DNA of 61,782 bases, filler included, from Platydemus manokwari (GCA_037951405.1; 5 parts of 5 records of this genome joined end to end with filler, not necessarily neighbours in it); one strand, 5' to 3'. Positions 25,597 to 40,400 are shown, counted from the whole stretch's first letter. A program made the numbers and translations. Notes: generated by a model not told the origin, from the letters alone.

Positions 25597-25883
25597 CAGC
25601 GTTCTCCAAAAAACTGGGGGCACGACTCTCTAGTGGGTCACGAAAAACTTTTTGGGATTCTCGAGAAATTTCAAAGTTATAGTGAAGTAATCATAAGAAA
25701 ATATTCTTTAAATATAAGATATCTAATTTTAAATAATTTTTCATACAGTTATTCTTTTATTTTATTGATATCATTAGAAAACGAAATAGTAAATTTATTA
25801 TTATTTTTATTTTAGTCTCTAGAGGTCGTGAAAAAATTTGGACTCGTAGAGTGGGTGTCAACACAAAAATGTGAAGACCACTG
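25597..25883 (+). mobile_element. hAT-type MITE, 287 bp
   Basis: Ends CAGCGTTCTCCAAA and TGTGAAGACCACTG. 8-bp TSD CAGTACAA (25589-25596) and CAGTAAAA (25884-25891). Subterminal GTGGGTCACG/GGTCGTG motifs shared with the 60.5-kb copy. Confidence 0.85.
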
Positions 25884-26851
25884 CAGTAAAATGTATATTT
25901 GGACTCATTTAATATCACTCTCATCGAAAATTCATACTAGTATTGATTTATTTAGAGAGAAATTTTTTCAATTTACCTTTAAAATTTTTCAAATCACTTT
26001 ACCAAATTCGTTTAAATCTTGTTGGCTGCTTTAATTAAAAAAAGATATCCATATAATTTGAAAACATATCATTACAATTTTCCGAAAACATGAATTCACA
26101 GTTCTAATTCGACTTATTATTGTTGGTGAATCCGATTTGTTTTTATTAAATCTCATTGGCTCTTTGGTCGATATCATAAATGAGTCACACGAGATGATAT
26201 CAACCGAGTTTAATTGTATTAATTTTTACTCATACCGATAAAATTCGTTTAATTTTGCTTGGGATTTTATTTGTTTTTTGCTGCAAAAGAAATTCTTCTT
26301 ATCCCGTGTCATCAAGTAGAATGTTTTAATCGACTCTACACTAATCCATGATATAGATACGTTTATTTATAACGACAAATTTGATATTCATTTTATGGTT
26401 TTCAGTGTCCCATTAATGACAATATAATGAACATCCGTTACAGTGGTGTTTATCAAACCGTTACCAAAAAAGGCTCAATGATTATCCAGGTTTTTGTGAA
26501 ACAATTTGATCAAAATAATTAAAACTAAACATTTATAGAATGGAAGAAATTTCATTGATAAATTTTTTATCGTTTTTGTATTAAATAATAATGATGAAAG
26601 TTGTCAGGGAAACGGTATTTTAAACATCACTACTCCAAGTAATAATATTTGTTGCATTGATTCAATTTATCACTGAAATCGATTCCAGATTCCATGTTTC
26701 GAGAGAAATTGTTTACATTATCCCTGAAAAATGTTAATGAAGGTACCAATCAATTTGGCTGATTAATTCTTAATTTTAATTTATTAGATTAATTGTAATT
26801 AATTAATAAATTAATTGTTATTAAGAAACTATTACTTATATTTAGCTATAA

Positions 26852-27345
26852 ATTAATTCGTCGGGAATAAAATTTGTAGAAAAAAGCCCAATTTGTTTGA
26901 GGAATTATCTTATTTCTCAGTGTGTACCTTTATTTTTATTATTTAAACGACAGATTGTTTAGGCCGGTGGTATAAAACTCTGACCGATGAGAGTTATCGA
27001 CTTCCTGGAAAGCCAATTTTGTAGCATTGTCAAAATTAAATTGTTTTCTTGATAAAAAGTTGCCCAAATTGCAATGTTGACTATGTATGATCAGTATGAA
27101 AATAATTAAGAAGTTCCAATCCACTTGTCTGTAGCTTTGTCACAGTCATTTGTGAGATATAGCGTTATCATACATAGAGATAAGACTGGTCTTTCTTTAA
27201 ATTTTTGCACCATTTCGTCTGGTAGTCCTAATCACACTTGCTCCATACCACCAAACATTCACTAACAACTTCTTTGTGCTAATTACTGGGCATTGGTGTG
27301 TCTTTTGGTGATTCACTCTTGTCCAATCACTGCTACGTAACATCA
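26852..27345 (-). mobile_element. Decayed, internally deleted mariner transposase with degenerate 3' TIR
   Basis: Frameshifted fragments Q*LDKSESPKDTP, STKKLLVNVWWYGASVI, RPVLSLYDNAISH, MTVTKLQTSGLELL and LGNFLSRKQFNFDNATKLAFQEVDNSHRSEFYTTGLNNL follow the mariner catalytic-domain order (KK.MV.VWW, HDNA.PH, FY..GI..L). Confidence 0.85.
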
Positions 27346-27499
27346 AATGTATCATTATTTCCATCAATAATATGTGTGTGTTGATATTAATCGAATTTAC
27401 TAAAAAACTAATTAAAATGAATTAAACTGGTGAAAATTAGCTTAAAATTTTAATGTAAGGAATGAGATATCTTGGATCTTCTTATAAACAGGAACGGTT

Positions 27500-28040
27500 T
27501 TAGTCATAATTAGTCGAAACTGTACTAGTAATCTTTCTTAATCTATTTCTTGCAGATTGTAATGAGATCTTCTGATATCCTTTTCCAACCAATCCAATCA
27601 AATTGAACATTTTTTAAAGCTATATTTAACTGATATCGATATAATGCGAGGTGATTTTAAATTGTTTCAACTGTATTGCGATGAATATTTCGCATTTTGT
27701 GTTGATGTTCTGTATTTTGATGAAGTGTTTCGAAATATGTTGGCTTATAACTTATCTATTATGTTCGATATTCATTTTCCTCTTCGTTAACTATGTCCCG
27801 ATATTGAAGTGCAAAATGTTCACATTCCAAGAAATTTCAACTGTGCTTGATCTCAATCATAATCTGAGGCTATTTGTTGAGAAAATAATCATGATCAAGA
27901 GGCAACAGATAATGTAGGAAGTTCAAAACATTTTTATATTTCTTTCTGAGAACAAATCATCATCAATGTCGATTATATAATCAATAATTTCGTTATAAAT
28001 TCTGTCCCGTAGTTCTTTTCCAATGGGATGGTTGATCATT
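27500..28040 (-). pseudogene. BTB-BACK (kelch-like family) pseudogene fragment
   Basis: Fragments IYNEIIDYI...ERNIKMF, NFLECEHFALQY, ISQHISKHFIKI...EIFIAIQLKQF and LDWLEKDIRRS occur in BTB-BACK order with many stops and frameshifts. Confidence 0.45.
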
Positions 28041-29949
28041 TGTTAGATATTTTTACCAGATGATCTGATGAGCTTAAAATGAAAGATTATTTTGGAACAT
28101 AACATGATCTTTATGGAATATTATTATTAGATGTATGGAAGTGGAAACAGATCTACAATTCCATTTCAGATGCACCCTGAAAAGGACTGAATAAATGTCT
28201 ATTTCGTCACATATTTTAAGAAATTTTAATTATTACGATTATTTTATTTTCACTGATTCTTTGCATTTGATAATAACATTATTTCATACCACAACGCTCA
28301 CTTCTATATTTTATAGATTATTGGTTTCCAATATTTGGTGCCATTGGATTTTTTCTCCTATTTTACATCGCTTCGCCTCTTATTTCATTAATTTACAAGC
28401 ATCGGTGAGTTTTTCTTTAAATTTTTTTATAAAAATATTTGGTTATTTTTTGTTTTAATTTTGTGAGACAAATAATTTTTTCGATTAAGTCAAAATTTGC
28501 AGATAAACAGCAAAATTAAATATTATAACTACCATGCTTTATATAGAATTAATCAATAATTATCTGCATGACGTATGGCATTGTATGGATTCTAGTGAAG
28601 ATAGCAACTGTTTAGAAATACTGTGTTCACAAATAGCATGTGCACTGTTGAAATATATTTATTTAATATAAGAGTATGTCTACTATGATAGTTATGACGG
28701 TCTGATGATTGAACATTGGCTCTATCAACGATCAATGGACATTTCTACTCATCAAACACGCGGCTGCTTTATTCAACTTTATTCAGCTTTATTCAACTTA
28801 CCAGTGGCTAGTTAGCACTGTATCGATTTTATATCCGTCACATCTTCAGTTTGAAAAATATCCTAATTTTGGTTCCAAATTACTCGATTTATACTAAATA
28901 ATTTTCATATTGAATCGATAAAATTATAATTTACTGCTCTACCACATGTCAATTGAGGATTAGTGATTTTAATTTTAATAATACATAAGTGATTTCGGGA
29001 CTGATATTTTAACAAAAGTGTCTCATTTTATCGTTATGATTAAACCAATGCTGGGATAAAACCAATGAATATTGCTGTATAGTTTGGCGTTGGATTTGAA
29101 AATATTAATTGTTTTATATATAATTTTATATATAATTAATTATTTGATGTTGTTATGTTTTCATTTTTACAGATGTTCCATGACTGAGTCCGTCATTGAA
29201 GGTAACTTGATATAGCTTTATTACGATAATTTGGACGTGTATAACTTTTCGGTAAACGGAAACTCATGTTCAAACATTTAATATCAATAGTTGGTACTTT
29301 TTTAGGGTGATAGAGCTGTATAACAGTGAAAACATAAATATCATAACATATCGATTTATTAAATGTTTATCCAACACTGGACGGTTCAGTACCATTGAGT
29401 ACCATTAAACAAAGGTTTCTTCTACTATTGTTTCTTTCTTATATCATCAATATGCGATTTCTTCTTTAAATTATTCATTAACGACAACTCATTACTTCTT
29501 TGCAATGCGAATGTTTACATCATTTCCATTAAATTATGTGAAGCAAATCGATAAATGTTTGTCGTATTTATAGAAAATTTACTGTATGTTTTATTAATAT
29601 CTTTTGTACTTCATATTTCACTTGTGAATCATGATAATCATTGGTCTTGTAATCCAAACATAAACTGGAACTCTCGTGGAATATTAAATTCACTGATTAA
29701 TGTGCGTATCTTATATGTGGGTGTAAGTGTGGAAAGTCGAAATAATTTTAGTTAAGATTGATGTGTTATATTTACGTATTATATTTACATTTACATTTTA
29801 ATAAACATCCTTGTATTTGTATTATTCATAATCAGATAGAAAGCCTTGATAATTACTAATTATAGATTTTGTTTTGCTAGACAGTTATAGTTTTATTGAT
29901 AACGAATTATTAAAAATAATGAGGTTCAAAAATCAAATTTTGTATTTGT

Positions 29950-30190
29950 TGAGTGTTGCATCTGTTTAGTTTTTAAAATGATATTTATTATAGCAGTTTG
30001 AAATGATAAATTAAACAATTTTTAAATGATATTTTGAAAGTGGGTCAAAGTAGGTCGATTTCCAAATAATTGAAAATTAGCGAGGACCCATTGTTGTAGC
30101 ATTAGTAGCAAATGGAAAGATATTCTTAATGTTTACACTTATTTTGTAAGAGCAATTAATATTATTTTATTAAAACATGACAGGAGTTTG
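29950..30190 (+). repeat. Dispersed repeat family X, diverged copy
   Basis: AGCGAGGACCCATTGTTGTAGCATTAGTAGCAAATGGAAAGATATTCTTAAT matches AGCGAGGACTCCTTTTTTAACATTAGAAGCAAATTGAGAGATATTCTCAAT at about 46110. Boundaries approximate. Confidence 0.7.
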
Positions 30191-31475
30191 TTAAGTCGAT
30201 ATACAAGTAAAATGAATATACGTTTTTAATCAATAGTTCTGTTAGGGTTTTAATTGAAAATTAAGTGGAAACTAATGATTTGTTACAAATTAGTGTATGC
30301 TAAATCTACGATCTGGCTCCAAAGATCTGCTAGAGATTGTTACCCTAACTATCTAATCTCGTGTCACTAATAAATGTGCGGTTGTAACCTCAGGGCATGT
30401 AAATTTGTAGATATAAATGAACACAATGAATAAACAAAAATATATTGATAATCGATTAGAATATTGACAGTGAAAATAATTTACTATTGATTGTGCAAAT
30501 ACGTAACCCTCAAGGAGTTAGGTATCAGTCGAATCGCCTATTGTGACCAAACTCAACTAGGTAGATGATGAATTGGATTTATTTATAAGGAAAGTTTAAC
30601 AGATTTCAGCAAACCGTCTATACCGCCTCGATTAAAGTTCGAAATATTAAAATCACTTGAATGCACATCTTTGGAAATTTAAATAATCTTCTGGAAAATA
30701 TCTGATTGATAATTAATAGTCATGAATAGTTTCAACCAAATATGTGCCAAAATTTGTAACGAATAAATCGATGAATTTCTTCAGAGAGTGCGTTGATCAA
30801 GATGTGTTAAATCATACGTATTGTAATTTAGTATTCAAATTTAGTCCAAAATGACTGCAAAGCATTCATTTATGTAGTTGTTTATTTCTTTGTGAGTCAT
30901 GCTTTATGTGTTGGTTTTCTTTATTTCGTGATTTTAATGTTGTTGATTTTATTATCAAAGCCACACATTTCTTTTTTTATTGACGTAGACTTTGTTTTTT
31001 TAATTTTAACTTATAGGATTTGTCTTTGAAGCCTTTAGGTGAAACCTTAATCTGAACAAAGCTCTTTGGATTTGTGTCTGTGTGTGATTGTTTTATTTAA
31101 ATTTGTATTATTTTAGTATTATTAAAATCTTCAAGACATCGATTATCAATGTGGCACCGTTAATTTTTCAAAGTGTTTAATCAATTCATTAAATCGAGCT
31201 ATTTTTAAACCGAATAATCCAATAAAATTTAATTAATCAATAAAAAAATGTTCTAAAATGTTTATTTTTATAAAAAAAATTTAGCATGAAATTTAAAATA
31301 TATGTATATCTATAGAATTAATTTTAAAATCGAGTCATTCACGAAAATTGAACATGTTGAAATTGAGTCAAAGGAATCCTTTACTTAACCTGAGCCAAAA
31401 TAATCATAGTCGAAAATACTAAAATTTTGATAATGTTAGACTATTATCAATTATCATTATTATAATCATTGTGAG

Positions 31476-31575
31476 NNNNNNNNNNNNNNNNNNNNNNNNN
31501 NNNNNNNNNNNNNNNNNNNTTAATTAATTAANNNNNNNNNNNNNNNNNNNNNNNNNNNNNNNNNNNNNNNNNNNN
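31476..31575. other. Artificial contig linker
   Basis: N44-TTAATTAATTAA-N44. Confidence 0.97.
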
Positions 31576-34500
31576 TACACATAGATAAAAATAAAAATTA
31601 ATACAGTAAAAATTAATACACATTTGATACGTATTGTCATGCACACATTTTTTCAATGTAAATTAATTGTTTTAATCAACTAGTTGGGCCAGAACCCCAA
31701 CATGTCTATTGCAAATTAACACTCCATTGGAATTTGTCTGGACCATTCAGTAAACAAAACCGAAATCTGGTTAAAGCACCTGGCTAATTATACAGGGCTA
31801 TGGAATAACTAATTAGAAATATTCGGGCAAGAAGAAAAAATTACAATTAAATATTTTGCTCAGTTATCCAATATTATAAGAAAGTATGATATTTATGCAC
31901 AATCAACTTGTTGATATCGATTCATAATTATTATTGCATTCATATCTTAGTGAGTAATATTTTATTCTTTTAAAATAATCGGCAAAATTCAACTTTTATT
32001 TTATTGATTTTATACACAACTTCCACGATAAATTCTAGTTGGAACCCAGATCACTTAGAATAAAAATTAAATTCAAAAATCTTTAAAATCCTAAACAATT
32101 TTATAGCAGTGGTTAGAGTACCAATAAGGATAACCATCGATAAAATCAATTGAGGACACTTACGGACGCTCTCATAAGAAATTTCTAAAACCTTCAAGTT
32201 CTATCGAATGTGAATCAACACTGCTATTTTAATTAAAAACCGAAACCATATTACCTGGTTATTTGCTTCATTGTTGTAAAAATTGTAAAAAATTTTCTAA
32301 TTTTGATTATATTGTACTTTATTAAGAGTTACTGTGCTGTGTAATATTAATAATATTTTATTCAAATTCAAATAGTTATTCTATTATTATGATATATAAT
32401 TTAATTTCATATTGTACACAATTACATACACCTTTTGGAGACAGATATATTAAACAACTATAACAAATAAAAACAATAAAGCTCGAAAAATCATTGGGCT
32501 TTAATACTCAATTAATTATCACATTATTTTAAATTTTTTATCCAGGTTACATCAAACTTATAAAATGTATAAAACCCAATACACGTATGCCAAGTATGTT
32601 ACTGGAAGACCTTACAGTAAGATACATTTTAATAAAATACAGATCAATACTATTATTTTTTGTTTGTCTCTTATTATCGACCTGTCTTAAATTCCTGAGG
32701 TAACTGGCTTTGCGCCAAGAGTGCGATGTCCATAAACTGTCACTTGTTCCAAGAAGTTTTTAAGGTCCGTCAAAAGGTGTGATGTATAGTGTAGCATTAC
32801 AATCCATTTGTAATTTTTATTTTGTTATTTTATTTAGTAGCCAGTTTGCATTATTGTTATTTAGTAATAAAAATTTGTAGTTGCAAGCCTTAATTATTGA
32901 TTAAATATGGATCAAAAATCATTGATTATAATCATTGATGTCAACAATTTTAGGAATTTAAATAAGGTGCAGAAACTGAGACTGCTAGTTAAGATGTATC
33001 ACTGTTGCCACACCTATTGACTTCACTCAATAAGCTTATGGGATTCGAAGAATAGAATAAATAAGATATATTGTACCTGAGATCTTAATTAAGAACTCAT
33101 TGACACTAATTAAGGCAATAGGTATCAAATAGAAATAAGACTAATAAAACTGTTAGGATAAAGACTAGTTAAACCCACCTGAATTCTTATAAATAAACAG
33201 AAGAGTGCCGTGACTATGGTGAATCAAACCCGTAAATCAAATCAATAACACCAATCAATTATCAATTCAATCAGCAGAATTATCAATTCAATAAATCCCT
33301 TGAAAAAACGATGATTTTGACTAATTTGTTTGTGATTGTGACTAATTTTTGAGAAACCCAATTTTACATTTTGACTTCAATGATAATTTAATTATTGTTT
33401 TATTTTATTTTTATTTGTTATTTTTATTTATCAAAAAACAATTATTGTTGGTTATTGTTTTATCATGTTCTGTCATTTAATGATTAGTAATTTAATTAAT
33501 TATTGATTATTATTATCTATTACTTTTATGCAAAAGAAGAGAAGGAACTAATGTGATGGCAGAAAATGAGAAATAAATAAAATAAATACAAATGAAATAA
33601 GAAAACAATTAATTAAATGAAATAATTAAAGAGAATTTTAATGTCAAATAACAAAAAATAAATGTGAAAAAATTGCATAATTAAATCAACCAGCTGAGCA
33701 GTTGTTCTAGTATAAATAGCTGATCAAAAATTTGATTACCACCGCAATTGATTACCACGATCAATGCTACGATCAACTCACCAAAAACTAATAAACAAAA
33801 AATATTCAGTAACCGAATAAATCGACAGTGGAATTAAAGGAAGGTGAATTTCAACAATAGTTGAGAAAATTTAAATGAAAATTTTGAGTTACAGAATTTT
33901 GTTGTTTTACAATTTAGATAATATTAGTATGCGTATATTCATAAATTAAATCAAATTTAAATATAAACTATCGTTACACTTTCCTTATCTCATTCCGCTT
34001 CAGATTTCCCAGTAATTCACTTTCGTGGTGTACTGAACATTTTCTGCTAAACCTGTTTCTTCGTTTTTAGTGTTAAATATTATATTTTATTTTCCTCGAT
34101 CAAAATTTACTACCATCGAAATGATTGTTTTCGAAGAGTACAGTTTATATCAAATCTCTATATTAATTATTAATTTTAAATTAAATAAGAATTTTAATTC
34201 GGTTTCACTCTTTTGGAAACATAGTAATTTATTCAAAACAAATTCAACTAAATAGTTCAACTAAGTTCGTCGCGTATCAATAAGATCATTGTAGTAATTG
34301 TTTGATAGACTTCCGTCTGTGAGTTAAATTGTACGCTACATGTGATTGTAATTAATTTTTAATTCAATAAAGTTCGAAAAAAAATAATTTGTGCTACATT
34401 TGTACAGCATTATAATTAAAATGGGTTTTATCACATCATTTAATAAATACCTTTATCAAGGATTCACTTTGTAAAATTTAATAACAACATTCAAACAGTA

Positions 34501-35807
34501 TAAACCCAACATCCTTTTTTCCTGCTACATCTCACACTAGAGCTTTCCTAGTGTTCATTTTGTCTTTCGAGGAGAATTTTATTACAATTCCAGTTCTCTT
34601 CGATATATTGTTATTATTGCTTTTCTAGTCTTTCTCCTAATTGTAACAATATCAGTTTATGAAAAAATGTCAATTCTTCAGATTGCTTTTTTAGCTGGAT
34701 AAAAATATATTTCAGCCTTTGAATTTTGGTTTGGTGTGGTACATATACATTCCAAAATGCATGGGAGTTTTAGAAGTCCATTTTTTAATTAATAAATTTA
34801 AAATAAGTTAAATGCAGTTTGTTTAAATATTAATTATAAGCATTTTTGCTTAACGCAAATGTTTAACCACCTATTATACAAACACTTATTATATAACTTA
34901 TTACATGACATGGTATTTTAAAAATCATTAACCTTACCCTAATTTCAACAATAAGCAAATTTGAATTAACAGCAATCCATACAATGTGAATTTGTCAAAT
35001 CACTTAATGAAATATTTAGAAATTCTCATAAGGAATTTGTTAACTAAAAATCGATTGAGCTAAAGAGATAAACAGTGACTAATTAAATACATAATTATAT
35101 AATGTAGTCGCTAGGTGTCAATTAATTTTATATAATATTTGACTTAGTAAGATGAAATTGGAATTACTGTACGTTGTGAAAGTGCAAAATGTCACACTAT
35201 TATGAATTTTATTTTAAAAGATTATTTCCATTGAATAACAACTTGGACCAAAGCAACCTCGATTTCTATCAAATTTATATTCAACTTAGTATTTCAGAAA
35301 ATATAGTCATTTGTTTTACCAGCAATTCTCGTCATAAACTACATACTGATTTCACTTATTTCATGTTTTGAAGAAATGGTTTCTTTCTTGTAATTGTGTC
35401 ATATTATCTTCAAATGTAATGAGATAAAATGTTAAATCAATTAAGTAATAACAGATAAACGAAAATTTAGCGACCGAACAACTAATGAATAATTTTATTT
35501 AAAAGCATTTTGATCCATAATATCGACACATTACATATTATTGTAAAATTTAATCGTTCATTTGCACATTACAATATCATTAAATAAACAACTATATATC
35601 ACATCAAAAACAAATTATGTACACTGTTCACAATATGCAAAGCCAATAATTTTCATATCAAAACATTAACTTAATAAAATCAAAAAGATTTCACATAAAA
35701 CATAATATGGACTATAATATATTCATACTTATTTATATACAAATCATTGAAAAATATTTTTTTTTAAATAAATCACAGATACTCTCGTCTTGTATACATA
35801 TTCGCCA

Positions 35808-37406
35808 TTAATTACCCCCGATAACAGGATGAGATGAAAATAATTGTAAAATATCACTATCTTTAGTTGTTTTAGATATTATGGAATTTAGTTTCTTTTC
35901 TGATTCTTGAACTTCACGAAAACATTGTTTTTCTTCTTTACGGTATTGATTTCTGGATTTATCAAGACAAGGTTTCGATTCATTATCGGATTCATAGAGT
36001 CTGTGCCTTAATGGATATCGTGTTTGTTTCATAGGGACATATCCATTTGGTGAACATAATTGCTACACATTATTATGACAAATATTCTAACAATATCATC
36101 TTATTTTACCGGATATTCTTTGTAGAAATCACAAAATCCTCCGAACAACACATAAATATTCGGTATGAAAAGTTCTCGATTTCTATCATTATGTGCTAAC
36201 CTGTCCAATCCCCGCAGACATTGTGCTCTAAATTGAAAAAAATGCTACTCAACTTCATTATATGATGTTCATTGGTTAAAATTATTGATTAAATTTTCAA
36301 ATGTTATTTATATATCAAATTCATTTATCCAATCACTTACAATTTCGGTGCTCTGTAACTACTGAATTCACAATAAAAAACGTAAATCGTCTGATCACGT
36401 TTCAACTTTGTACTTAACTCATTAATATCTTCTTCGAATTCTTTATCCGTTTGGGATTCCTTAATCGGAAATAAAGTCTGGAGTAATTTCTGGCAAGTAT
36501 GGACATTGATCGAACCAACAATGTGTCCTCCAGAATATTCATACGGAAAACGACAGTCAAATATTTTAATATCATTATTGAGAGTGTGATTCCCCAATAA
36601 TATATTAGCCAGTGTTAATGGTGATATTTGTGGAATAAAAATATTATTCTTGGCTGATGAATATGTAACGATCGGCAGTAAATAACCCGTACCTTGGCAA
36701 CTAGAAACCGGGTCGGATATTTCTTTCAACTATTAGTTGCAAGGATTAATGTTTCACAAACATTGCTTCACATAGACTTACTTTAGATAATAAATGCTGT
36801 GACTTTTCGTTCCAGCAAACATCAGACACAATTTCACAACTTAAATTGCTGTCTTCATCGTTTGATCTGGACGCAAATGATAGAATGCTTTCAGTTTCAA
36901 ATCCAGAATCCAGAGAATTGTCATCACAATACTTATTACTGGATTGGTATTTATTATTTTTGAAGCCATTCTATCAGTTAGTTGTATTAAGCGAACAACA
37001 TTCAAACTCAAGGTCATTTACTCACTGAAAATAAACTCAACCAACTAATATTGTTTAACGGTGTGTTTTTAGGTTCAGGATTTGATAAATCAAATGGATT
37101 TAATTTTATTTTCGACCTTGTACATTCGCCAGGAGTTGCAAAGTATGATTTGAGTATTTTATTATCATATAAATCGTCTGATTGGCATTTGAAATATTTC
37201 AGAATTAAATAACTGAAATAATTTTTAAAAATCATTAAAAAGAACTCTCGAAAGGTATATTTGTACTTTTCATACGGTTCATCATCATTAATTATCACAT
37301 CACCTCTAGGTAAATCTAAATTATATTACAATTCCCGTTATTCCTTAACTAATCAATTACCTGTGTCAATTTTTTGAGTATTATGCTGCCTTTTTCGGTT
37401 AAGCAT
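35808..37406 (-). CDS. cdc25: CDC25/string M-phase inducer phosphatase, about 428 aa; exons 37361-37406, 37026-37315, 36782-36970, 36341-36729, 36110-36227, 35808-36062
   Basis: Five phase-compatible GT-AG introns (45, 55, 52, 113 and 47 nt). Rhodanese-fold motifs IFDCRFPYEYSGGHIVGSINV, catalytic CX5R loop VFYCEFSSYRAP, LFIPNIYVLFGGFCDFY and LCSPNGYVPM. The two 5' exons are less certain than the catalytic exons. Confidence 0.93.
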
Positions 37407-40400
37407 TGAAAATTAAAATCTAAATAAAACAATTTATTTAAAATTTTAAATTTTAATTTATCAAAATTTTATTACTTTGAAACGAAAAACTTTGATTAAC
37501 AAATAATTAACAAAGCAATCCAATTTCCAAAAATATCAACCAGCTGATTTGTATTTTTCTGATTTGTAAACAATAAATTTATCTTAGTTTTTTCAGGCAA
37601 CTAACCAATCAAATTCGAGTTTTATAACTAGTAAATTTCATTGGCTATTACAACAGGATTAAGTGGAATCATGTCATTTTTTTTCCTAAGTACATTTTAT
37701 CCGTGTATTACACAGTTAGCTAGAGACGAGGATTGGTAAATTAAAATGTTCAAAAATTATTTTATTACTCACAAGATTATTTTTTATATATTTTTAAAAT
37801 TTTTGAAAAAAAATATTGTTTGATATTGCTATCTCTGTTTTCATTTGATGTATTCAATTTATTTAATTAGATTTCTGTATTTAGAGGTACAGCTTAGTAA
37901 TATAGAATTTTTATTAATTATATAACAAAGATAGATTGAAAATGTACTTGAAAGTCAAAAACCTTACCTTAAGCATACAATTTTTTGGTTGTCTAATTCA
38001 ATCGAGCAAAATAAAATAATGTTGATTTTGGTATACTGTCGACGACGTTTATTTATTTTTATATTGTAGACCAAATGTTAAATTCAGATCATGGTGGGAT
38101 GTTATTCAAGACTAAGTTTATTAATGAGTTAATACTAACAACTTCCTCACGTTCGACTGGTATTACATAATTGAATGGGTTAAAAATCGCTTTGATTTGG
38201 TCAAGGTATGTCGAGCTAAAAGGGCTCAAAATATCAACTTGTTAGCTTATAGTTTATTTTTGTATGCAGTTCAATTAAACTAATGATACCATGTATTTTT
38301 CCGATTCATGAATTTGATTATGCTAAACGCGTGCAGAGAAAAAAATTAAGGCTTAAGACTCGCATGCCTGTATTGGATGAATCAAGTTTAACATTTCGCT
38401 CATTACGCTAATAATTCGTCACAAACACTTAACGACACAGAAGCACTGTTTGAAAAACATAAAGAACGTAGATAAAGACTGTGATGAATATCTTTGTTTA
38501 TCGCGATTATACTTTTCGAATTATCAGCATAATTTGTCAGCATCAAATAATATTATTAATTTAATTTTTCTGTGATGATAAAATTACCAAATGTTTTCAT
38601 CTTCAGTTAAAATTAGATTTGCATTTTATAAAAGTTTTTAATACAAGCTATTATAAGACTGTAACAGCTTGCAGATTTTGAGGCATTTTATTTTAGATTA
38701 AATTTGTGTTACTTGGAACATAACACGGCATGGGATGGTCGTTATCAGCTCATGCACCAAGCCTTACAGGTGGTAAAGTAATGTTTTGATTACATCAGAA
38801 TTGTAATCATTTTTGTTTCATTTTGCGCTAAAGTTGCATAATAGAAATCAATGGAATACTCCGTACCGATATTTATCTTAAAAAAACAATGAATTATTTA
38901 TTTTTCTAACATACACATATAGGTGAATGGGAAAAATGTTCTGACGTAAAGAAAATTTGTCCAATATTCTGTTTTTCAGCGGAAAAAATTAATCACATTG
39001 ATATTGTTATATAACTGATAGGTTTGTGGATTATTTATTTACAACGAAATCATGATTTATCATTGGTGATCTATAGTACTTAATCATCTATTGATGCCGA
39101 GATAAAATGTTGAGATAAAACTGTTGATAAGTTTTATTAACTGATTAAGTTCGTTTTGATCTACTCAAAATTTGAAATTCTTATGAAATAACTATTGCGT
39201 AACATTCGTCTGTTGAATCTTGTACTCAAGTTTTGTTAGACTATCTCATACACACGTGTTTCTTCAAATGATAATCCTTCGAAATTCGAGCATTACTCAA
39301 TGTTAATTATTTTTACTACTGTTCAATGGCTCGAATGATTTTGAAACTATTTGTTTAGAAATTTTTTATCACACTTTCTAAAATCACTTATATGTGAAGT
39401 AAAATTTTATCGATTTAGTCTTGTTCATTAATATTGGAAAACAGAAAATTTGAATGGCATTTTCATGGAATCCTGTTATATGTATTCAACAAAAATAAAT
39501 ATAGAATGCTTTATCTATTTCATACGATATGAATTTGATACAAAAAATGAATGGAATCGATTATCAAAATCTGTTTAGAAATGAATATTCTGCAACTGTA
39601 AATCAATTTAGGATCTTATATGGTGTTCAATTTAATCACACGCAACTAGAAATCCATAACAGTTATTCTGGTTATTGCCATCTCATATAGCCGTTAAAAT
39701 GGAAGTATAATAATTTATTATTTGGTTCCAGGTTCGTGCATGACTGTGTGCAAATTTTGTGATTATGGCTTCATTTTTACAAGATAAGGCTTGTTTTAAG
39801 CATAAACACGTATTGAAAAAATTGACTCTCAAAGTGGTCAATGGAAAAGAGCAAACTAATTTAATATCAACTTGTTCATATTGATGGTTTATTAGTTAAA
39901 TTATTTATAGAAAATAAATTATTTTAAGAATGTAATAACAAGTTCTTTTCAAGTGTCTTTTAGTATGTATTTTGAATTTGTTTTCACGAAATACATCACA
40001 AATTTAATTTCAATTGTATTTGTAATCTAGTTGAAAATTTCAAACTCGAATGCTCAGCGACTGTGAAAAGAAACATTGAATAGGTTTTTATAATAATCGA
40101 ATTATATTATTATTCTGTAGGATGAAATTTTGGAATCAAAGTATAATTAAATACTAAGTGATATCGAAAATAAGTTGACCAGTCAAACATTGTTGTATAA
40201 TATTTAAAGTTGTTTATGACCAACTTATAAGATATCAGTTTTAAGATGTAATTTTTTTCATTAACAATATGAATAAAGTCGATTAACAAAGATATAATAA
40301 TTAATTTAATGAAGAGATTATTCTACATAACATATGAATGTGAACTCATGGAAAAGTTTTTTATTAAAAATTCGTGTGTTCGTAATGACCAATCTGAGAT

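Noticed and set aside
29173-29201. AG...GT-bounded 29-nt micro-exon as a candidate SID-1 exon 4
   Set aside because: It is phase-compatible, but the peptide (CSMTESVIE) does not resemble the expected next SIDT segment.
30300-33260. LTR-like GC-richer patches here and at 7660-7845, 46540-46790, 48370-48650 and 49970-50110
   Set aside because: Probably LTR fragments sharing short motifs, but I could not define paired termini, TSD or PBS.
38050-39800. Possible Mutator-like transposase relic
   Set aside because: Only vague matches (GW..., IIGD); no convincing catalytic motifs or termini.
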